A DNA stretch of 64,000 nt from Octopus vulgaris (Eukaryota): positions 11,718,001 to 11,782,000 of the forward strand of contig OX597828.1 of NCBI GenBank assembly GCA_951406725.2. Reading direction: 5' to 3'. The stretch's first letter is position 1. Every line of letters starts with the position of its first letter. The notes beneath the pieces are model-generated. The model saw nothing but the letters and a program-made list of their open reading frames with translations, had not been told where the DNA came from and searched no databases. This document shows, in pieces, positions 54,499 to 64,000 of the stretch. The translations under genes and the position numbers were made by a program.

Positions 54499-54720
54499 TA
54501 TTCTTTTACTCTTTTATACTTTTACTTGTTTCAGTCATTTGACTGCGGTCATGCTGGAGCACCGCCTTTAGTCGAGCAAATAGACCCCAGGACTTATTTT
54601 TGTAGGCCTTGTACTTTTTTCTATCGGTCTCTTTTACCGAACCGCTAACTTACGTGAACGTAAACACACCAGCATCGGTTGCAAGCGATGTTGGAGGCAC
54701 AAACACAGAGACACAAACAT
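53881..54720. mobile_element. SINE family B cluster: minus 53881-54252, plus head 54260-54392, minus tail 54520-54720
   Basis: Matches to the family B copies at 49087 and 62787. Confidence 0.88.
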
Positions 54721-54765
54721 ATATACGCACACGTACATATATACATACATACACACACACACACA

Positions 54766-54801
<36 letters not shown>

Positions 54802-54905
54802 CAAATATATATATACATATATATACATATATAAATATAAACATATATATATATATACACACATACATATATATATAAATGCATGTATGTATGTGTGTGT
54901 ATACA

Positions 54906-54942
<37 letters not shown>

Positions 54943-55494
54943 ATGTATGTATATGTATATATATATATGTATGTATGTATGTGTGTATGTATGCATGTAT
55001 GTATGTATATATGTATTGAAGGAAAGGGGAGTGACTAACATGTTCATTAAACTGATGTTCGAAGATAACTAAAGAAGCAATACAACCTTTAACAATATTT
55101 ATATCTTGCATTTGTTTGAATATCCTCTGATTTTTCTTGTATCCCCCATTTGTATATACATCATGATCATTAAAACATGTACGTATATTCATTCGTATAT
55201 CATCAATGTCGAAAGATAAATGCAGAATAAATCTATTCTAAGTGAGGCCTTTTATAAGTAAATTCAGTAATTCGTTTTGTCATATTTTCTTTTTTCAGCA
55301 TTTGTTAAGGAGTTAGCTGATAAAAAATGTATCTAAAAAATTAATGAGCTGCAGAGTATTGAGGTAACAACTACGTTGCTACGTTGCTACGTTACTAAGA
55401 TTATTATCAGAATAAATTAGGAACTTTTACAGTGAATGTGGTTTTGAAAAGAATGTATTTTTTTGAAGCAAAATTACGATTTTGAAAAAACTTG

Positions 55495-55952
55495 GAATCT
55501 TTTCGGTTTGAACGGCAGATTTTTCTAGCGGTGTCATATGAAATTGTCACCCATAATTATGACCCTAGTATCGATCTATTGCATTTCAATCTGTTTTAGG
55601 GTTAGGGTTAGTTAGGGTTAGTTAGGGCTAGATAGGGTTAGGGTTAGGGTTAGTGGTGGGGGTAAGTATCTTTTTTTCTTCACAAATGTAAATAAACCCA
55701 ATCTGTTTCTTAAACGAGGGACATATTCATACGGCTTAGAATGTTTTCACCTCAATAGACGTCATTGATTGGTTGAAATTGCAGAAATTGAAGAAAAAAC
55801 AACAACAAATGTCTTACAAACTATAAAATTATCTGAATAAAGCCAAAAGAAAAAGATGTTTTATAAACACATTCTACCAGTATACGAAGTTTAAAAGTGT
55901 TTAGTTACGTGAAAATTATTTTAAAAAGCTGCCGTTCAAACCGAAAAGATCC
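55495..55952. mobile_element. Telomeric-repeat-carrying MITE
   Basis: TIRs, perfect 8-bp TSD AAAACTTG, TTAGGG tract at ~55596-55653. Confidence 0.92.
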
Positions 55953-56479
55953 AAAACTTGTGTAACACGAACATCATCAAACCAGAAAGGGATTTACTCA
56001 ATTCAAAATTATACTATAGCGCGAGTATTTGCATACTCTATATACCGCGTGTACAACCACCCAAACATCGGTTTTAAAATACGATTATAAATATGGGTAA
56101 GGAATTATATTTCTTCTAATTTTGAAATATAAAAGTGTTGGCAATAATGTATGGTTAAGAAGGTCGTTTGGAAAGCACCTCCTTCCGGTTTCGGTCTTCC
56201 TACACCGCACCGTTGGCAATTGTCTTCTGCTATATTACCGTATGAGTGATTTTGGAAGGCGAAAACTGTGGAAGCCTGTCGTATGTTTGTGTGTGAGTGA
56301 ATGTGTGTGCGCGCTCGCGCGTGTTTGTGTGTGTGTGTTTGTGTGTGCATGTGTGTGTGTGCGTTGCCCCTGCACATCTGAACAACTGCAGTCGATTTGT
56401 TTATACAATCGTAACCTAGGGGTTCGAGAAACGATATCGATAGAATAAACACCAATCATAAAAAGAGGTTGTTCTATAT

Positions 56480-56905
56480 ATTCTTTTCTACTCAAGGCAC
56501 AAGGCGCGAAATTTTTGGAGAAGGGGACAATCGATTACATCAACCCCAGTACACAACTGGTATTTAAATTTTTTGACCCCGTAAGGATGAAAGGCAAAGT
56601 CGACCTCGGCGGAATTTGAACTCAGAACATAAGACAGACGAAATACCGTCTAATCATTTCCCCCGGCGTGCTAACGTTTCTTATTTCTTTATCGCCCACA
56701 AGGGGCTAAACATAGAGAGGGACAAACAAGGACAGACACACGGATTAAATCGATTACATCGACCCCAGAGCGTAACTGGTACGACCTCGAAGGAATGAAA
56801 GGCAAAGTCGATTTCGGCGGAATTTGAACCCAGAACCTAGCGGCAGACGAAATACCGCTAAGCATTCCGCTCGGTGTGCTAACGTTTCTGCCAGCTTGCG
56901 ACCTT
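56480..56905 (-). mobile_element. Two tandem SINE family A copies
   Basis: Reverse-complement family A bodies. Confidence 0.85.
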
Positions 56906-59382
56906 AGCTTCTACATATTCTATGTTCCGCATGTACGCCCGCCCGAGCATTGCTTTTAAAATGCGATTATAAATATGGGCAGGGAATTACTTTCTTTCTA
57001 ATTTTGAAATATAAAGGTGCTAGCATGGCTTTATGGTTAAGAAGCTCGCTTAGTAAGCACTTGGTTTCGAATTCGGTCCCACTGCATCTTGGGCAACTGT
57101 CTTCTGCTATAAGCCGAACAACACCTTATGAGTGAATTCTGAAGATGGAAACTGTGTCGACGTTCATTGTATATACGTATGTGGGTGGGTGTATGTGAGA
57201 GAAAGAGCGTGTGTGTGTAGGTGTACATATGTATGCATGTGTGTGCATGTGTTTGTTTGTGTGTGTGTGTGTTTGCTTGCGTGTGTCTGAGTGTGTGTGT
57301 GTGTGTGCGTGCGAGAGTGTGTGTGTATGTGTGTGTGTGTGTGTATGTGTGTGTGTGTGTATGTGTGTGTGTGTGTATGTGCGAGAGAGTGTGTGTTTAT
57401 AGCCATTTTGAGTTTTCATCATCGTTCTGGGGTGGTTTGAGAAAATAATATAGGTGTCAGTACCTGAAGTTGAACTTAATCCACGCTGCCATTCCCGGCC
57501 CTATCGAGCACCACCAGATGAAAACGTGATTCCTTGTGTCAATATTTTGGGTATAGTGTAAAGCGGCGAGCTGGCGGTGTTCCTGCACCCCTTGGCAATC
57601 GCTGTTGGTTTGTTTTCGTGTCCGTAATGGAGTGGTTCGCTTGGATAAGTACCAGCCATGAAAAGAATTCGGACCTTGGGTCTATTTGTTGAACTAAAAC
57701 ACTTTCAAGGCGATGCTCCAGCATGGCAGCAGATCAAATCCTGAAGCAAGTTAAAGATTAAAGAAATAACAGAGTAATGCTCTATATGTCATTTCCCGCA
57801 AAGAGTCATCTAAATCATCGCCTTCAAAAGTTCAAGTTTTATGAAGAGTTCTTTAATCCAAACAAATATATTAAGCAGATAAGAGTTACCAGCAATGAAA
57901 GCTTGTCTGAAATGGAGAACTTATAGATCAGTTATCAACAGTGTTAATATCAATTGATACATCTAGGGTGCAATCAATATTGATCGAAGTTATTTTCGAC
58001 TAACCTAGTTGCCCTTCGAGAAATATTTTGAACAGCATAGTCACTAATATCTTACCCTGACATATTTTTGAAGCAAATTCTCTTAGTCAACTCTTTGCGA
58101 GAATATTAAGCAAAAATACGATATTTTTCGTCCTCTAAAGCAAGGAAAATTAGTCGCTTGTATTCAAATATTCTTGAATTTGATAATCTATATTGGCATT
58201 CATTTTCATAATTTTGTCATTAAAACTTTTCCTGCTTATTACTAATTTCTTCACATACTTTATAATAGCACCTTCATGAACATTATCTAATGAAAACAGT
58301 GCACAACAAACAAAAGCTTTTATTTTAATAAACTCAACATTATCAACATAATTATATGAGATGCAAAAACGTGCTGCAATTAAATAGGAAAATCCTGCCA
58401 AGAATTTGAATAAATTCCTTTAATAGGATTTTTACCCCGTTTTAAATAGTGTGATATGTTCTTTTCAGTTTGGTAATAGTGTGGTATGTTCTTTTAGTGA
58501 CTGTTGCTCCACTATTTTCCTTTCTATATTTTACTCACGAAGAGCTTCTCACACAATATACGTAGAAACATATCGTCCTTGTCGACAGTACCATATCAGT
58601 CATACCGCCATTCTTCTATTGCTTCCCTTTTGTGATGATTTAAATTTCGTGGTGGTGGTGGTGGTGAAGCAGGTCGAGCTTTGATCAAAAGTGTTTAAAT
58701 TTTGACCAACCTGTTTTGTTTCAATGTGACACACTTTAAAATGGGTGCATTATTAGCACTGGTGCGACCACATAGAGACACCCTCATCAGCTCCTAATCG
58801 AACAGGTTGTTCGCTTTTAGTTCTAGATCAGCGTTAAAAGAATAAACATGATAAAAAGACATATTAGCCATGACCCTCACTTTGAGAAGGTTAGAGTCCA
58901 TAATATGTCAATTCCTTTCACAAGACAGTATAGTGATATTTGAGGAAATTTGGCCGATATTTCTCTTGCAGATCGAAAGAACACTTAGAGATTTCTTTGT
59001 TAGCTGATATTCGAACAAGAGTTTGTAGTCCTAGAAATTGTAGGGGTAGTAAGTGCAAATTATACTAAATATGCGAAATCATTTTTAGAGTAGAGCAATG
59101 CATGGATACGGAAGGTTTTAAAATACAGCATATGCAGAATATGTTGTTCCCTAATAATAAATAGATTTAGTTTTGGACCGACGTCTATGTATGCAAAAAT
59201 TGCATGAGGTACGAATAGGTTTTACAAGCTCTTCTAAATCCATTGCAATGCTGGAAACACTTCTGTAACTACAGTAGGTACCTTGAGGTCTCGGGTGTTT
59301 CGACCCTTAGCCTAAACGCTTCATTAGAGCGGGGCAACAAGGACAGAACTAGTCCTTACCTGTCTATCTGTCTGTTTGTCTG

Positions 59383-59455
<73 letters not shown>

Positions 59456-59471
59456 TCTATTATATGTGTGT

Positions 59472-59510
<39 letters not shown>

Positions 59511-59568
59511 TACTTGGACGGGATGAAACGAAACGAATCGAATCGACGCGAGGGCGCTCAGTATTTAC

Positions 59569-60004
59569 AATAGTGTAATAAATAAAATATATGCATACAT
59601 ACATACATATATATACGTACCTACATCTACATGTATATATACATACATATATAAATATATATACGTGAGTACAGGACACCACAAATAGACGTAGAACTCA
59701 ACGAGAAACGAAAACGTAAAAACAAGCATGGAAACGGATCTTTTTTAACTACGAAAAAACAGAGTACAAGACAAAACTACACAAGGAAAAATCCCCTTCA
59801 TCAGCTGTCCCTATATTGTCTTGTACTCTGTTTTTTCGTAGTTAAAAAAGATCCGTTTCCATGTTTGTTTTCTCGTTGAATTCTACGTCTATTTGTGGTG
59901 TCCTGTACTTACGTATATATATTTATGAATGCATGTATATATACATGTAGAGGTAGGTACGTACATATATGTATGTATGTATGCATATATTTTATTTAAT
60001 ACAC

Positions 60005-60008
<4 letters not shown>
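59569..60008. repeat. Fold-back inverted repeat (~200-bp arms, 41-nt spacer), possibly Penelope-derived
   Basis: Arms 59569-59774 and 59816-60008 are reverse complements; the spacer has CTGATGAAGGGG on the minus strand. Confidence 0.9.
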
Positions 60009-60054
<46 letters not shown>

Positions 60055-60055
<1 letters not shown>

Positions 60056-60439
60056 GGAAGCACTCCGTCGGTTACGACGACGAGGGTTCCGGTTGATCCG
60101 AATCAACGGAACAGCCTGCTCGTGAAATTAACGTGTAAGTGGCTGAGCACTCCACAGACACGTGTACCCTTAACGTAGTTCTCGGGGATATACAGCGTGA
60201 CACAGAGAGTGACAAGGCCGGCCCTTTGAAATACAGGTACAACAGAAAGAGGAAGTAAGAGTGAGAGAAAGTTGTGGTGAAAGAGTACAGCAGGGATCAC
60301 CACCATCCCCTGCCGGAGCCTCGTGGAGCTTTAGGTGTTTTCGCTCAATAAACACTCACAACGCCCGGTCTGGGAATCGAAACCACGATCCTATGACCGC
60401 GAATCCGCTGCCCTAACCACTGGGCCATTGCGCCTCCAC
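60055..60439 (-). mobile_element. tRNA-Arg-like SINE, family C, full length
   Basis: Reverse complement GTGGAGGCGCAATGGCCCAGTGGTTAGGGCAGCGGATTCGCGG...GGTTTCGATTCCC...CCCTCGTCGTCGTAACCGACGGAGTGCTTCCA. Confidence 0.9.
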
Positions 60440-60473
60440 ATATATAATATATATATATGTATATGTATATATG

Positions 60474-60549
<76 letters not shown>

Positions 60550-60708
60550 CGGAAAAGGTCAAGATAGAAAATGCTAAAATGGTTTTATAAAAAACATCTT
60601 TTCTCTACCGGTTTCAGTCATTGAGACTTTTTCAACTGTAGGTATGGAAAACAATTAAATTTGGAAAAATTAAATGAAAAGTTTTTTAAAAAGAACATTT
60701 GTATATAT

Positions 60709-62385
60709 ACAGAGGGACCAGCTATCCGAGTTGATAGTTCCTTGGTAGTTAAGGCAATTAGAAGCATGAAAACAGGGAAATCCCCAGGCCCATCAGGAAT
60801 CACTGCAGAGATGCTCAAAATGTCTGGTAGCGTCGGCTATAGCCTAGTCACCCGTATAGTTAATCAGGTGATACACAAAGGAGTCATACCCAATGACTGG
60901 TGTAGCAGCATAATAGTTAACTGCTACAAAGGTAAAGGTGACGCCCTAGATACAAATAATTACAGAGGTATCAAGTTGTTGGATCAGGTGATGAAGGTTA
61001 CGGAGAGGGTCATAGCCCAACTAATGAGAGAGAGAGTTAGTTTAGATGAGATGCAGTTTGGGTTCGTGCCAGGGAAAAGTACCACTGATGCTATATTCCT
61101 GGTAAGTCAGCTGCAGGAGAAATACCTAGCCAAAGATAAGCCCCTGTACTTGGCTTTTGTTGACATGGAGAAAGCCTTTGACAGGGTCCCCCGATCCTTT
61201 ATCTGGTGGTCAATGAGGAAACTAGGGATAGATGAATGGTTAGTGAGAGCTGTGCGAGCCATGTACAGGGACGCTGCTAGTAAGGTGAGGGTTGGCAACG
61301 AGTACAGTGAAGAATTCCGGGTAGAGGTAGGGGTCTACCAAGGCTCAGTCCTCAACCCCCTCCTATTTATCATAGTCCTCCAGGCAATAACGGAGGAATT
61401 CAAGACAGGATGCCCTTGGGAGCTCCTCTATGCTGATGACCTTGCTCTAATTGCTGAGTCACTATCAGAACTGGAGGAGAAGTTTCAGGTGTGGAAACAA
61501 GGATTAGAATCGTAGGGCCTTAGAGTCAATCTAGCTAAAGCCAAAGTCGTAATAAGTAAGACGGTAGACAAATCACAAACGCCTTCAGGTAGATGGCCCT
61601 GCTCGATCTGTAGAAAAGGTGTAGGTAGAAACTCTATAAGATGCACCAAGTGTAAGCTATGTACACATAAGAGGTGCAGCAATGTCAAAGGAAGGCTAAC
61701 TAGGAAGATGGTTTTTGTATGTGGCAGATGCTCAGGAACAATAAACACTGAAAATGCTCTGAGACCAACTTCCGTCACTTTCCAGGGAGAAAAACTAGAA
61801 ATAGTTGATAGCTTCCGTTACATAGGTGACCAAGTCAGCAGCGGGGGCGGGTGTGCTGAAAGTGTAACTGCTAGAGTAAGAATAGCTTGGGCAAAGTTCA
61901 GAGAGCTCTTACCTCTGCTGGTGACAAAAGGCCTCTCGCACAGAGTAAAAGGCAGACTATATGATGCGTGTGTACGAACAGCCATGCTACATGGCAGTGA
62001 AACATGGGCCGTGGCTGCTGAGGATATGCGTAAGCTCGCAAGAAATGAAGCCAGTATGCTCCGATGGATGTGTAATGTCAGTACTCATACTTGGCAGAGT
62101 GTAAGTACCTTGAGAAAAAAGCTGGACCTAAGAAGCATCAGTTGTGGTGTGCAAGAGAGACGTTTGCGCTGGTATGGGCATGTGGCGAGAATGGATGAAG
62201 ATAGTTGTGTGAAAAAGTGCCACACCCTAGCGGTTGAGGGAACATGTGGAAGAGGCAGACCCAGGAAAACCTGGGACGAGGTGGTGAAGCACGACCTTCG
62301 AACTTTAGGTCTCACTGAGGAAATGACTAGAGACCGAGACCTCTGGAAGTGTGCTGTGCGCGAGAAGACCCGGCAGGACAAGTGA
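60709..62385 (+). pseudogene. RTE-clade LINE reverse transcriptase ORF, 5'-truncated, one in-frame TAG at 61513-61515
   Basis: GKSPGPSG, NYRGIKLL, QFGF, AFVDMEKAFD, GVYQGSVLNP, YADD, C4HC3 finger, RRLRWYGHV, GRGRPRKTW. ORFs 60661-61515 and 61708-62385 are in the same frame. Confidence 0.95.
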
Positions 62386-62645
62386 GACCATAACCCGTGG
62401 CCTTCTACATGGGATGGAGCCAGCCTACGTATGCATACCTTCCCTTCTTAGGACACAAAACTCTACTTGTGAAGACCTGTTGAGGCAAGTGAGGATCAGA
62501 ATCGAAATCGATCAATGGAAATTGCAGATGAGTTACCAGTGCCGGTGGGATGTATGAGAACCATCCGTTCATGACCGTTGCCAGCGCCGCCCCGACTGGC
62601 CTCGTGCCGGTGGCACGTAAAAAGCACCATCCGTTCGTGTCCGTT
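62386..62645 (+). mobile_element. RTE 3' UTR with ~65-bp tandem repeat; appears truncated
   Basis: GTGCCGGTGG...ACCATCCGTTC.TG.CCGTT occurs twice. Confidence 0.7.
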
Positions 62646-62721
62646 TTAAATTTAATTTGTCAAAATATTTTCGTCGCTTTGAGACCGCGACGTGTTCACT
62701 GACAAAACTTCGTGCTGCATC

Positions 62722-62786
<65 letters not shown>

Positions 62787-62789
<3 letters not shown>

Positions 62790-63190
62790 CGCAGGAGTGG
62801 CTGTGTGGTAAGTAGCTTGCTTACCAACCACACGCTTCCAGGTTCAGTCCCACTGCAGTTCGCACCTTGGGCAAGTGTCTTCTACTATAGCTTCGCGCCG
62901 ACCAAAACTTTGTGAGTGGATTTGGCAGACGGAAACAGAAAGAAGCCCGTCGTATAAATGTATATATAGTGTGTGTGTGTATGTTTGTGTGTCTGTGTTT
63001 GTGCCCCTAGCATTGCTTGACAACCGATGCTGGTATGTTTATGTCATTGTAACTTCGCGGCTCGGCAAAAGAGACCGATAGAATATGTACTAGGCTTACA
63101 AAGAATAAGTCCCGGGGTCGATTTGCTCGACTAGAGGCGGTGCTCCAGCATAGCCGCAGTCAAATGACTGAAACAAGTAACAGAGTAAAA
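62787..63190 (+). mobile_element. SINE family B, full length
   Basis: AGGCGCAGGAGTGGCTGTGTGGTAAGTAGC...CAAATGACTGAAACAAGTAA. Confidence 0.92.
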
Positions 63191-63223
63191 GACTATACGT
63201 ATGTATGTATGTATGTATGTAAT

Positions 63224-63254
<31 letters not shown>

Positions 63255-63319
63255 GTGTGGGGGTGTGTATATTTATGTATGTATTATATTTAGATATATC
63301 CATATATATAAATGCACAT

Positions 63320-63381
<62 letters not shown>

Positions 63382-63871
63382 GTATATACATATATATGTG
63401 TGTGTGTATACATATTCATACATGGCCACAAAGTGTTCTTCACACATATATAAACATATTCTCTTGTACTGTTTGCATTTTGCGAAGTGTAAAATTAATT
63501 TTCCTTTCTTCTACTACCACGAAGTCGGCATCCAGTCGATTGTTTTTACATTAATCCCACGCCTCATTTCGTTAATGGTGTCACCATGATATTATTTACA
63601 TATACATATACTAGAAGACAATATTTAACATCTTCATTATATTTATGCTAAGGAATATTAGAGAAGAAAATATCTAACTTTTTTCTTTTAGCTGGTGCTT
63701 AGTTACATGCATCTGCCGTCATCTTCTCTAAGTTTAAATGCACCAAAGATATTTCTACATAAAACCAAATAAGACAAAAAAAAATAATACATTTTTACGT
63801 CATTGCAGTAAATTGTATATGTAAGAGATTATGAACGCTTTCACTGAGGCTTTAATAGCTATATATTCAAT

Positions 63872-63993
63872 GCTTAGTACGCCGGACGAAATGCTTAGCG
63901 GTATTTCGTCTGCCGCTACGTTCTGAGTTCAAATTCCGCCGAGGTCGAATTTGCCTTTCATCCTTTCGGGGTCGATAAATTAAGTACCAGTTA
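63872..63993 (+). mobile_element. SINE family A fragment
   Basis: ACGCCGGACGAAATGCTTAGCGGTATTTCG...AAGTACCAGTT. Confidence 0.88.
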
Positions 63994-64000
63994 AGCTATG

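Noticed and set aside
58150-58401. 83-aa non-repetitive minus-strand ORF
   Set aside because: Non-ATG start, AT-biased composition, no motif recognised.

Overview
AT-rich, repeat-dominated eukaryotic DNA. The SINE, LINE and microsatellite repertoire and the TTAGGG repeats suggest an octopod cephalopod (Octopus-like); this is inference. I could not recognise any intact host protein-coding gene, and almost all tracked ORFs are translations of microsatellites or SINEs. The window holds: (1) an ~11.1 kb near-identical duplication (3218-14328 / 14429-25439) around a 100-N gap, probably two haplotypes assembled in tandem; (2) three tRNA-derived SINE families in many copies; (3) LINE remnants: a young 5'-truncated RTE with one stop codon and an embedded PHD-like finger, an inverted RTE 3' end, R4-like RLE elements, old CR1/L2-like RTs and an ORF1-only element; (4) mariner relics and a Helitron-like end; (5) a 5'-damaged, intron-containing tRNA-Lys(TTT). 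The most intriguing signals are two. One is a GG-terminated MITE family with 8-bp TSDs (Merlin-like) that carries telomeric (TTAGGG)n tracts. The other is a set of small (TA)n-embedded elements with Penelope-type minimal hammerhead-like motifs, one of which also has a tRNA/Pol III head and inverted termini.
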